64,000 nucleotides of DNA, from NCBI GenBank assembly GCA_963750025.1, contig CAVVPF010000036.1, forward strand, positions 69,523 through 133,522, written 5' to 3'. The stretch comes from an uncultured Chloroflexia bacterium (GTDB lineage Bacteria; Chloroflexota; Limnocylindria; QHBO01). Positions 9,676 through 18,220 of the stretch are shown here, one piece after another; the first letter of the stretch is position 1; each line of letters begins with the position of its first letter. A program made the position numbers and the translations under genes. Below the pieces are notes generated by a model, which saw nothing but the letters and a program-made list of their open reading frames with translations, made no database searches and was not told where the DNA came from.

Positions 9676-10958
9676 GACGGCGTGGCCTCCGGATCGGGGA
9701 ACGTGAGCCCGAGCTGCTCGCCAACACCCGCTCGCTCGGGCACGGCTACGGCTCGGAACCGAGCGATGGCCGGCATCGGCCGAACGCCGGACGGGGTGAA
9801 ACGGACGAGCCGGTAGGCGACGAGGATCGCGAGTGCGTCGGCCGTCAGCACCTCGACGAGGTCGGTCCTCGCGAGATAGGTCGGCGGCCAGTGGGCCCGA
9901 TGCTCCTCGATGAGCTCGGCGACCAGGGCTTCGATCTCGGCCACCGGCACGACGAGGATCGGGTCCGTGGCGACCCGGAGCCGCTCCGCCAGCCACTCGG
10001 CGACCAGGAGCGCGGCATGGGGTCGGACGCCTTCGCCCGGGAAGTGGATGCGGTCGACGAGCTCGTCGGCCTCGTCGATCGCCGCGATACCCTCGGCCCG
10101 GCGCTCGAGGACCATCCCCGTCCATGCCATGAGTTCGTCCTCCAGGCCTCGGCGCTGGAGGAGGTGTATCCGTTCGCCCTCGCCGAGGTCCTCCTCGTAG
10201 ACGGCCGGCTCGTCGACGAGCCGGCGCATGACCGCGTGACGATCGCGCGCCTGGCGGCCACGCTCGGTCGGCGGATAGGGCTCGTCGAGCAGCTCGTCCG
10301 CCCCTCCCGCCTGCGACGGGATCTTCGTGCCCCCGACCGCGACGAGGTGACCGAGCAGGCCTCGATCGATATCGTAGAACGCGTCGTCCTCGGCAACGCC
10401 CGAGAAGTAGCGCTCGGCATCGCCTTCCCGGAGGGTCAGGACGCCCAGGCCCTCGAGCATGGCGAGGACGTCGATGAACGCCTTGCGCTCGGCATAGACC
10501 GTTGGCTCGAACGTGTCAATCGCGGCCTCGACCTGGGTCCGGGCACGAACGCCGTCGGCGAGCCGCGAAAGGATCGTCTGCTGGGCCCCCGACGCATCGA
10601 GCTCGGCGGAGGTGACGCAGAAGAGGACGTAGCGACGGACGTCGAAGGGTCGCTCGCGCCCGGGCGCGACCGCCGGGTGGGTCGGATCCGCGGCGGCCGC
10701 GACGCGCTTGTGGAGCCGGGCGAAGCGACCCCGTGGATCCACGACGAGGGTCCAGCCAAGCTGCTCGCGGAACCAGCGCCCGACGGGCTCGGCATGGCGA
10801 CGAACGAGGATGAAACCGACGGGGTCGGGATCATGCGGGCGGACGAGCGGCGAGCGGAGAAGGAGGCGGACCGCCCGCCGGCGCTCCTCGTCAGCCCGCT
10901 CGGTCGCGGTCGCAAGCGCTGGCACGGCGGCGACCCGCGCGACGGTCGACGTCGCCAC
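9672..10958 (-). CDS. jetB: Wadjet JetB (TIGR02678/DUF2398)
   Basis: 'RAVRLLLRSPLVRPHDPDPVGFILVRRHAEPVGRWFREQLGWTLVVDPRGRFARLHKR' is typical of TIGR02678. Start is GTG at 10958 (or GTG at 10925), overlapping the end of jetA. The stop overlaps the jetC ATG. Confidence 0.8.
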   Translation of the reverse strand: MATSTVARVAAVPALATATERADEERRRAVRLLLRSPLVRPHDPDPVGFILVRRHAEPVGRWFREQLGWTLVVDPRGRFARLHKRVAAAADPTHPAVAPGRERPFDVRRYVLFCVTSAELDASGAQQTILSRLADGVRARTQVEAAIDTFEPTVYAERKAFIDVLAMLEGLGVLTLREGDAERYFSGVAEDDAFYDIDRGLLGHLVAVGGTKIPSQAGGADELLDEPYPPTERGRQARDRHAVMRRLVDEPAVYEEDLGEGERIHLLQRRGLEDELMAWTGMVLERRAEGIAAIDEADELVDRIHFPGEGVRPHAALLVAEWLAERLRVATDPILVVPVAEIEALVAELIEEHRAHWPPTYLARTDLVEVLTADALAILVAYRLVRFTPSGVRPMPAIARFRAVAVPERAGVGEQLGLTFPDPEATPS

Positions 10959-12516
10959 GCTCGTGACCTCGGACCGAAGTCGCGGCTCCGGAGATTGCCG
11001 CGCGGCGCCCGGATCGTGGCCCAGGTCGCCTGAGCAGGCTCGACGAGTCGGATCGCCAGGCGGCCGTCTGCGCTCGGGGCTTCGCGGACACCGTCCGTCG
11101 CCGGATCCGAGAAGGCGCGGGCCGGAGCTCGAGGAGTGCGTCGAGTTCGTCGTCGGAGACCACGCCGAGCTCCGACAGGCGGAAGGCGCCCTGGTCGACG
11201 AATCGGGCGAGCGCGATCGCCCGCCGCTCGCGTCGGACGCGCTCCTGCTCGGCGATGAGGGCCCGCTCGCGTGAGCGGTCGGTCGCCGGGCCGAACCGGC
11301 CGGCCGAGGACGCTCGACCGACCGCGCGCAGCCGTGGAGCGACGTGGACCGGTGGCACGTCCAGCCACGACGGTCGCCCGCGGACGAGTTCGGGGTCGGG
11401 CACGGCGAGCGTGAAGTGGCGCGTTCCAGACAGACCAAAGGCGGTCCGCCACAGCCGATGCGCGTCGTCTGCGTCGTCGAGAGCGGCGAACCAGCGGGCG
11501 AGGGCCATGAAGTCGGCGGCTCGCGGGATCCGGCCGCGGCTCGCCTCCCAGATCCGCTCGAGGACACGGATGAGGCTCGCGATCGCCGTCTGGGCCTGGC
11601 CCTCGAGCGCGCGGTAGCGGGCCGGCTCGGACCGGCTACCGACGAACCAGACTCGGAGCCCCGCCCACGACGCCTCGATCTCGGCGATTCGCGCGGCGAC
11701 CGGGTCCTCTCCTTCCCGGAGCCCGCCGGCGAGCTCGGTCTCGGCGGCAGCTGCCTCGGCGAGTCGGCGCACGTCGTCTTCGGCCAGGCCGGTCGCGATC
11801 GCGCCGATCGCCGGGGCCTTCGTCTGGAGCTCACGAACGAAGTCGGTGACGTATTCGACGATCCGGGTCTTGGCGAGCAGGAACCGCTCGCGGTCGATGT
11901 CGGCCGCGCTCGTCAGCTCGTCGAGGTTGGCGATGAACCGCGCCGCGTTGTCGGTCATGTTCGTGAACGCGGCATCGAGGCGGCCGAAGACGCTTGCGGC
12001 GCTTGTTCCGACTGATGGATCGCCAACGGCCCCGGCGAGACCTCGAAGATATGTCAGATCGGCGGCGATGTCGGCGAGGAGGACCTTCTGGAGCGAGCCC
12101 GTTCGGGCAAGGGCCGCATCGACCCGAACGACCGCCTCGTGAGCGGCGAGGCCGGTCTCGGTGATCTGCCAGATCTCGCGCCGGCTGAGATATTCGGCCT
12201 TCGTATGGACCGGCGCATTGTCCTCGGTCCGCCGAAGCAGCTCCCAGTCCTTGAGCTGGCCGAGGATCGTGTCAAGGCCGTCACCGCCCTCAAGATCGGT
12301 CGCAAACGGTGAGCGCTCCAGGAGATCGAGCACCTCGTGAGCGCGAAGCGACGGCACATAGCGGACGCGTGATTCTGCGAACGCGGCGAGTACCGCCCGA
12401 TACGTCCCGGCCTTCTGCGCGGTCGCGAACGACAACGCCCGGACGGGACCGAGCGAACGCCTGCCTGGCGGCTGGGCGATCGATCGTGCCTCATATGCAC
12501 AGAACGCAGCCTGCAC
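10891..12516 (-). CDS. jetA: Wadjet JetA (TIGR02677/DUF2397)
   Basis: 'RALSFATAQKAGTYRAVLAAFAESRVRYVPSLRAHEVLDLLE...KAEYLSRREIWQITETGLAAHEAV' matches the TIGR02677 N-terminus. The start is uncertain: there is no ATG, GTG at 12516 is possible, and an in-frame TTG about 70 nt downstream of it is an alternative. The upstream part of ORF 10891..13221 is Arg/Pro-rich nonsense. Confidence 0.75.
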   Translation of the reverse strand: MQAAFCAYEARSIAQPPGRRSLGPVRALSFATAQKAGTYRAVLAAFAESRVRYVPSLRAHEVLDLLERSPFATDLEGGDGLDTILGQLKDWELLRRTEDNAPVHTKAEYLSRREIWQITETGLAAHEAVVRVDAALARTGSLQKVLLADIAADLTYLRGLAGAVGDPSVGTSAASVFGRLDAAFTNMTDNAARFIANLDELTSAADIDRERFLLAKTRIVEYVTDFVRELQTKAPAIGAIATGLAEDDVRRLAEAAAAETELAGGLREGEDPVAARIAEIEASWAGLRVWFVGSRSEPARYRALEGQAQTAIASLIRVLERIWEASRGRIPRAADFMALARWFAALDDADDAHRLWRTAFGLSGTRHFTLAVPDPELVRGRPSWLDVPPVHVAPRLRAVGRASSAGRFGPATDRSRERALIAEQERVRRERRAIALARFVDQGAFRLSELGVVSDDELDALLELRPAPSRIRRRTVSAKPRAQTAAWRSDSSSLLRRPGPRSGRRAAISGAATSVRGHERGDVDRRAGRRRASACDRDRAG

Positions 12517-12637
12517 TCCCGCCGTGTCAGCTCTGTTGTCACGAAACGCCCCCCGGAACAGATGATGCTCGAATGGGTGTGGCGGCCTGCCCGCCCGCTG
12601 CCGGCCTGGGATGGCGAGGATACGCCCGTGTCGACGT

Positions 12638-13690
12638 TCATCGAGCCGCTTCAGCGGCTGCCTTCGAGCGCGCGTAGCGACGCCGTTGGTAGTCCCGCCA
12701 GTAGGCCAGCTTCTGGGCCTCGGCGCAGTCCTCGTGGTAGACGCGCCGGCCTCGGTCCGCCTGGCCAATCTGCCGGTCGCTGAGCCGGAATGGCCGCCCG
12801 CACCGACCGCAGATCCCCGTCGTTCGGCCGATCCCGAGCTGCTCTGAGTAGTCGAGCGCGACGAGGCCGCACAACGATTCCGGCAGCGAGGTGGCGAAGG
12901 CGGCGCGCTTGAACCAGAGCGTGCGATCGGGGCCCGTGTCGTCATCGTCGACCGGGTCCTCGAAGGTCGTGAGCGAGACGATGCGCCGTCGCACGTCACG
13001 CCGCAGGATCTCGTCGAGCTGGATCGCGGTGGCTGTGTCCTTGGCTTCCAGGCCGATCTTGATCTGGAACGTGCGGTCGTCGTCAGGCAAGGGGCCGATC
13101 GCGCGGGTGACGAGCTCCTGCATCGCGCCGAGATCGGCGAGGGCGGCCGGGTTCGGCGACGGGCGGTGGTAGCCGCCGCCGACCTCCAGCGGCCGCGGAG
13201 TCGAGAGCCCGAGCAGTCCATGGACCAGGTGGGCGATCGCCTCGTAGGGTCGAAGCATGAGCTCGGTCGAGTCCGCCAGAAACGCGTAACCCGGGAGGTG
13301 GAGGATGGCCTCTGCGCTCAGCCTCGGCGGCACGCTCTCTGGGAAGAGCCAGGCGAAGAGGAGGAGCCCCCGGACGACCGGGTCGAAATGGGCGACCGAC
13401 TCGTCCAGGTGCCACTGCCCGATGTGGTTGATGCGCAGGCCGCCCGGTCCGATCTCGCTGCGCTCGACAAAGAAGCCGCGACCCTCGCCACGTCGCGGCG
13501 CGGGCAGGGACCAGGCCGCCCGGGCGGGCGCCAGGGTGTGGGCGATGACCAGCGAGGCGAGGGTCCCCGGATTTCCGAGATCGACCTTGACGAGGTCGAG
13601 GGCGAGGCTTCGGGCGGATCGTTGGCGCATGGCTGGCACGGTAGGCGACCGATCATCACCTTGTCGATGGTGAGAAACGGTGAGAATCAT
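12638..13690 (-). CDS. Hypothetical protein with C-terminal Cys-rich zinc-ribbon-like motif
   Basis: Protein-like translation from ATG 13690 (alternative 13630). C-terminus 'TTGICGRCGRPFRLSDRQIG...RRVYHEDCAEAQK' (CxxC...H-x2-C). No family recognised. Lies about 120 nt upstream of jetA on the same strand. Confidence 0.5.
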   Translation of the reverse strand: MILTVSHHRQGDDRSPTVPAMRQRSARSLALDLVKVDLGNPGTLASLVIAHTLAPARAAWSLPAPRRGEGRGFFVERSEIGPGGLRINHIGQWHLDESVAHFDPVVRGLLLFAWLFPESVPPRLSAEAILHLPGYAFLADSTELMLRPYEAIAHLVHGLLGLSTPRPLEVGGGYHRPSPNPAALADLGAMQELVTRAIGPLPDDDRTFQIKIGLEAKDTATAIQLDEILRRDVRRRIVSLTTFEDPVDDDDTGPDRTLWFKRAAFATSLPESLCGLVALDYSEQLGIGRTTGICGRCGRPFRLSDRQIGQADRGRRVYHEDCAEAQKLAYWRDYQRRRYARSKAAAEAAR

Positions 13691-13914
13691 GGCGCCGTCC
13701 TTGCCCGCTTCCGATCGCGTTGGTGGTTGCGGGATGTAGCCGACGATCGCGGCCATCTTGCCGCTGATCGCCGAGAAGCGGTCGGGGTGGAGCTTGCTGG
13801 CGAGAGTCACCGTGGGCTCACGATAGCAGCCGAAGCCTGATCCGAGCTGCGCCTGCCGGAGGACACTCAGACGCGGGCACGGCCCCCAACCGATCCACAG
13901 GCGAAGCGTCCCGG

Positions 13915-14193
13915 GTGCACGACGCGAAGGTCGTCGTCGAGGAGGTCGACATAGCACTGGAGCGACGTTTGACTGTAGCCGACGATGCGCTGGCAACTCG
14001 AGCGATGTTTGTGACGTGGATGGGAAGCCAGTCCTCGCACTGCGAGTGCATCCGGACCAGCTTTGAGAAGGCTGACCCCGCGGCCGATCCGAGTGCTGAA
14101 GCCGTCCGGCAGGCGGGCGTTCGCATCTTTGGCGAGATGCGGGACAAAGAGGCCGCTAAGGAGGAGCAGAAGCGGATCACCGGCGACCTGTAA
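13915..14193 (+). CDS. Small hypothetical protein (92 aa)
   Basis: ORF ends 12 nt before the next plus-strand gene. Its composition is acceptable, but it lies opposite a long shadow ORF. Weak call. Confidence 0.3.
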   Translation: MHDAKVVVEEVDIALERRLTVADDALATRAMFVTWMGSQSSHCECIRTSFEKADPAADPSAEAVRQAGVRIFGEMRDKEAAKEEQKRITGDL

Positions 14194-14205
14194 GGTCTTC
14201 GAATC

Positions 14206-15087
14206 ATGGAACTGCCGCCGTCCGTACCTGCCGCCCTGCAGGACAAGGCATGGCTGAACGAGACCTACCGAGAGGACCGGATCCTTGTTCCTGATCCGTC
14301 CCAGTTCGACGTCGAGTCTTACCGCCAGGGCTCGGTCGATTGGGCGCTCGCGCACATCGACGACTGGAATCGCGAGGACGCCGCCGACCCGCTCCAGTAC
14401 TGCGAGTACAACTGGGTCGAGAACATCGACGGGCAGGTCCGCTGGCGACGCGCCTACGGCTCGCCGACCGACGGGATCCATCGGGCGGCGGCGGCGAAAC
14501 GCGCTGGTGTTCCGACGTGGGTCACCGTGGTCGCCTACTACTTCGAGAAGGAGGCGATCGAGAAGCACGGCCTGCCGGTCGGGCGCGAGGAGCTGGCGCC
14601 GTGGCTTGTGGATGTCGGCGATCCGCCGCGGCCGCGTCACGAGGTGCTGACCCTGCCGCGCTACCAGCCGCGCGACTTCCTCAGAACAGAGTCCCCGATC
14701 GAAGACGGCCTGCTCGGCTTCGACCGGCGAGGCGGCGTCGCCCGCGTCCGGATCTTCGAGCTGCCCGAACGGACCGAGGTCCTGTTCTCGCGTGTCCGTC
14801 GAGCGCTTGGGCCATCCCCTTACGCGACGCTCGGCGGTCAGCTCGAGGCGATGGCAGCGATCTGGAGTTGCCTGCTCGTCGGGCGGCTCAGGCATCCCTG
14901 GGATGCCGAGTGGTGGGCGGACCCCGGCGGAGCTGGCAAGGTCTGGGACGACGCGACGAAACACGTCACGCTCGCTACCGACAAGTTCGGGCGGTTCCGC
15001 TTTCTGGCGCTTGAGCTACCCGACGACGATATGTCCGGCCCTACGCTCGTCGTCCCTCTTTCGCCATCGCGAGGAGGGCGCTGCTGA
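14206..15087 (+). CDS. Hypothetical protein with ParB/sulfiredoxin-like nuclease-domain motif
   Basis: The 293-aa translation is rich in W/Y/D/E, unlike the opposite-strand shadow ORF 13867..14964. 'SPTDGIHRAAAAKRAGVPTWVTVV' resembles the ParB-N/Srx 'DGxHRxxAAxxxG....V.V' core. Confidence 0.55.
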   Translation: MELPPSVPAALQDKAWLNETYREDRILVPDPSQFDVESYRQGSVDWALAHIDDWNREDAADPLQYCEYNWVENIDGQVRWRRAYGSPTDGIHRAAAAKRAGVPTWVTVVAYYFEKEAIEKHGLPVGREELAPWLVDVGDPPRPRHEVLTLPRYQPRDFLRTESPIEDGLLGFDRRGGVARVRIFELPERTEVLFSRVRRALGPSPYATLGGQLEAMAAIWSCLLVGRLRHPWDAEWWADPGGAGKVWDDATKHVTLATDKFGRFRFLALELPDDDMSGPTLVVPLSPSRGGRC

Positions 15088-15748
15088 TCGCCGCTGCGGG
15101 CGCGCTCGTCCTCACACTTCCGGCCGGACGCCTCGCGTGACCCGGACGTAGTTCCACTCTATCGATGGCCGTAACGAGATCCAGGGGAGCGCCGACAAGG
15201 CGAGCGATCACGCGGCATTGCTCCCCGGTCGCCGCCATGAAGCGGACGTACCGAGCCGCATTCGATCCGCGATTGCCGAGGCCGCAGCCATAGGCTGCCG
15301 CGATCGTCCGATCCCAGATCGGGAAGAAGGCCGAGCGGAGGAGATGGAGCGCCTTCGCCGCGCCGACCGGCCCGAGGAGGGTCTCGAAGTCGACGAACAA
15401 GGCCTCGACGCTCGGCTCGTCGGCCTCCGCGAACGAGGCCAGCGACCGCGGTCGCAGCTCCTCAAGCAGACCGGCGTGCCGGTCGATGAGCGCCTCGATT
15501 TCGGCGACGTGTGTGGCATTTGCCGGGTGGTACTGGTAGTAGGCGCGGTTCCAGGTGAACAAGAGGACGGCGAGCGCCTCGCCGAGCGTCAGGCTCGTGT
15601 CGCGGCCCGCAGCGGCGCGGGCGACGAGCTCGGTCGCCGCGCGATAGAACAGGTCGCGCGGCTCGATCTCGCGATAGCGTTGCCGTGCCCAGGCCAGTTC
15701 CTGGAGGGTTGGGGCTTCAGGACCCGTCCTACGAAGGCGAGAACTCAT
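15041..15748 (-). CDS. Hypothetical protein (about 235 aa)
   Basis: ATG at 15748. 'MSSRLRRTGPEAPTLQELAWARQRYREIEPRDLFYRAATELV...LFTWNRAYYQYHPANATHVAEIEALIDRH...' is helical and protein-like. No family recognised. The last ~30 codons may be read-through. Confidence 0.5.
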   Translation of the reverse strand: MSSRLRRTGPEAPTLQELAWARQRYREIEPRDLFYRAATELVARAAAGRDTSLTLGEALAVLLFTWNRAYYQYHPANATHVAEIEALIDRHAGLLEELRPRSLASFAEADEPSVEALFVDFETLLGPVGAAKALHLLRSAFFPIWDRTIAAAYGCGLGNRGSNAARYVRFMAATGEQCRVIARLVGAPLDLVTAIDRVELRPGHARRPAGSVRTSAPAAAISSALLAMAKEGRRA

Positions 15749-16069
15749 TCGAGCGACGAAAGCTCGGCGAGGCCGCAAGACGGCAGCCAGATCCAGCCCT
15801 CGACGAGCGCGATCGTCCGCTGATCGCCCGTCGGCGCGACGGCCTTGCCGCACCGGTAGGCGCGTCCGACAACGCCCGCCAACAGCGCATCGACGGGGTT
15901 GATCCGTGACAACCAGCCGCGCGCGGTCGGAGTCAGCGACATCGAGGTCGAGCGTCTCAACGATCGTCGCGATCGCGCGTTGGCGGTCGGCCAGCCCCGT
16001 CGCATCCTTGTAGCGTCCGGGGTCGATCTGCCAGCAGCGCAGCGCTCCGGCTGGATAGACCTCGATCAC
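15745..16069 (-). pseudogene. Truncated, frameshifted DUF429-like (predicted RNase H-fold) fragment
   Basis: 'IEVYPAGALRCWQIDPGRYKD...' (frame of ORF 15041..16069) and 'NPVDALLAGVVGRAYRCGKAV' (frame of ORF 15745..16005) resemble the middle and C-terminal DUF429 motifs. The N-terminal ~70 aa are absent because cobT ends at 16066. Confidence 0.4.
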
Positions 16070-17160
16070 GTCATCCGAGCCGTCCCAGATGCGGGCAGAA
16101 CGTCCGCCAGCGAGGCCATCGTTGTGAGCGTCGAGGCGGCCGCTCGCACAATCGGGATCGCCAGCGCCGCACCCGAGCCCTCGCCGAGGCGCATGTCGAG
16201 CCTGAGCAACGGGCGCAGCCCCAGGGTGGACAGGGCGATGCGATGCCCGGGTTCGACCGACTGATGGCCGGCGATGAGGTACGCGGGCAGGGCCGGCGCC
16301 ATCGCTGCGGCGACCAGCGCGGCCGCGGTCGAGATGAGCCCGTCGAGAAGAACCGGCACCCGCCGGCTCGCTGCCCCAAGACAGAGCCCCGCGAGACCTG
16401 CGATCTCGAATCCGCCGACGGCCGCGAGCACGCCGAGCGGGTCGCCAAGGCGGTCGCGATGGAGCCGGAGCGCGCGCTCGATGACCGAGCGCTTGTGCAC
16501 GAGGGTGACCCGATCGATGCCCGTGCCGCGCCCGGTCACCCGGGCGGCAGGCAGACCCGAGAGCGCGGCGACGATGCAGCTCGCGCTCGTCGTGTTCCCG
16601 ATCCCCATGTCGCCGGGGACGATGAGGTCGACGCCGCTGGCCGCCAGTTCCGTGGAGATCTCGATCCCGGCCATGAGCGCCGCATGAGCCTGAGCCCGGC
16701 TGATCGCCGGTTCAACGGCGAGATTGCGTGTGCCGTCCCCGATCCGGCGCACGACGAGCCCCGAGACCTCAATCGGGGTGGCCGTCCCCATGTCGACCAC
16801 GACCAGACTGGCGCCCACGGTGGCCCCGATCGCGTTGATCGCCGCTCGGCCGGCCAGGAACGTCTGGACCATCTGAACGGTCACGGACGCGGGATACGCA
16901 GAGACCCCTTCAGCAACCACGCCGTGATCGGCGGCCATGACGACAATCGCTGGGTGTTCGATTGGGAGCGCCGCCCCACGGATTCCGGCGAGCTGGACTC
17001 CGAGGGTCTCGAGCCGTCCGAGGCTGCCGGGCGGCTTGGCGAGCGAGGCCTGGCGGGCTCGTGCGGCGGCCAGAACGCCGGCGTCGAGTGGCTTGATGGC
17101 CGCGATCGTCCGGGCGAGTACGCTCACCGGGTCGTTGACCGCAGGGGACGCGCGCACCAA
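16066..17160 (-). CDS. cobT: Nicotinate-nucleotide--dimethylbenzimidazole phosphoribosyltransferase
   Basis: 'LAKPPGSLGRLE', 'VMAADHGV', 'PGDMGIGNTTSAS' and 'MRLGEGSGAALA' are hallmark CobT motifs. Confidence 0.9.
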   Translation of the reverse strand: MVRASPAVNDPVSVLARTIAAIKPLDAGVLAAARARQASLAKPPGSLGRLETLGVQLAGIRGAALPIEHPAIVVMAADHGVVAEGVSAYPASVTVQMVQTFLAGRAAINAIGATVGASLVVVDMGTATPIEVSGLVVRRIGDGTRNLAVEPAISRAQAHAALMAGIEISTELAASGVDLIVPGDMGIGNTTSASCIVAALSGLPAARVTGRGTGIDRVTLVHKRSVIERALRLHRDRLGDPLGVLAAVGGFEIAGLAGLCLGAASRRVPVLLDGLISTAAALVAAAMAPALPAYLIAGHQSVEPGHRIALSTLGLRPLLRLDMRLGEGSGAALAIPIVRAAASTLTTMASLADVLPASGTARMT

Positions 17161-17711
17161 GCTGCCGAAGCGCTCTTGGTGAGCACAATGCCCGCGCCCG
17201 CACCCAGGAAGCGGCGGGTCGCCGCCCCTCCGAGGAGTTCCTGAAGCACGAATCCGATCGGCCCGCCGTGGGTGACGACGACCGTCGTGCCATCGCCGAG
17301 CGCGACGTCGCCAAGCGCGGACGCGACTCGCCCGCGGAAGGCCTCGCCGCGCTCGCCTTCGGGCCAGTCGACGTCGAGGTTCCCCCTGGCCAGCTCTGCC
17401 GCGAACTCGGCATCCCGCCCCGCGATCTGGGCGAACGTCGATCCCTCGTAACGGCCCACGTCCACCTCCGCCCAGCGCTCGTCGATCTCGTATCGGCCGT
17501 CGGTCGACCGGGCGAGCTGTTCCGCCAGCGCCTGGGCTCGGCGCAGCGGACTCGTTACGATCCGGGCCGGGGCGTCGATTCGCGACCGGAGATCGGCGAC
17601 GAGCTCGACGGCCTGGTGTGCCCCGCTACGAGACCAACCGAGGTCGCGTCGGCCGAGGTAGCGAACGCCCGTCCACGGGGTAGCTGGGTGTCGGACGAGG
17701 ATGATCGTCAT
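17124..17711 (-). CDS. cobC: Histidine phosphatase family protein, probable alpha-ribazole phosphatase
   Basis: ATG at 17711 overlaps the cobU stop (ATGA). 'MTIILVRHPATPW' (RHG-type catalytic His), 'IVTSPLRRAQ' and 'VVVTHGGPI'. Sits between cobU and cobT. Confidence 0.75.
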   Translation of the reverse strand: MTIILVRHPATPWTGVRYLGRRDLGWSRSGAHQAVELVADLRSRIDAPARIVTSPLRRAQALAEQLARSTDGRYEIDERWAEVDVGRYEGSTFAQIAGRDAEFAAELARGNLDVDWPEGERGEAFRGRVASALGDVALGDGTTVVVTHGGPIGFVLQELLGGAATRRFLGAGAGIVLTKSASAAWCARPLRSTTR

Positions 17712-18220
17712 GGCTTGAGCGGAACGGGGATCCCAGCGACGACAAGAACGGCCTCGTCGGCGAGCTGGGCCGCGCGCTGGTTGGCCCAGCCGAGCGCATC
17801 GACGAACCGGCGGCCCGTCGCCGTCAGGGCGACTGGCGCGAGTCCGGTTTCGTCCGACACCAGGATCCAGCCGGCGGCCCGGTCCTGCAGCGCGGCTTGC
17901 AGGTCGGCCCACCGCGCTTCGACCGAGAGGCCACGCTCGACGAGCGAGCCGACCCAGAGAGCGAGCGAATCGAGCAGGACGAGGCGGTCCGCGGGGATCG
18001 CCGTCACGCCGCCCGCCGGATCGTCCCAGGCCTCCACGGTCAGCCAGCCGGGCGGCCGCTCGGCCCGGTGGCGGGCGATCCGGTCCGCGAACTCGTCGTC
18101 GTCCAGCCGGGCGGTCGCCACGAACCCGACGTGGTCGCCCGCGGCCGTCTCCGCTCGGCGAAGGGCGACCCCGCTCTTGCCGCTGCGGACGCCGCCTAGG
18201 ACGAACAGGTGGGTGCTCAC
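17708..18220 (-). CDS. cobU: Adenosylcobinamide kinase / adenosylcobinamide-phosphate guanylyltransferase
   Basis: 170 aa. P-loop 'LVLGGVRSGKS', 'DEFADRIARHRAER' and 'VSDETGLAPV'. Confidence 0.85.
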   Translation of the reverse strand: MSTHLFVLGGVRSGKSGVALRRAETAAGDHVGFVATARLDDDEFADRIARHRAERPPGWLTVEAWDDPAGGVTAIPADRLVLLDSLALWVGSLVERGLSVEARWADLQAALQDRAAGWILVSDETGLAPVALTATGRRFVDALGWANQRAAQLADEAVLVVAGIPVPLKP

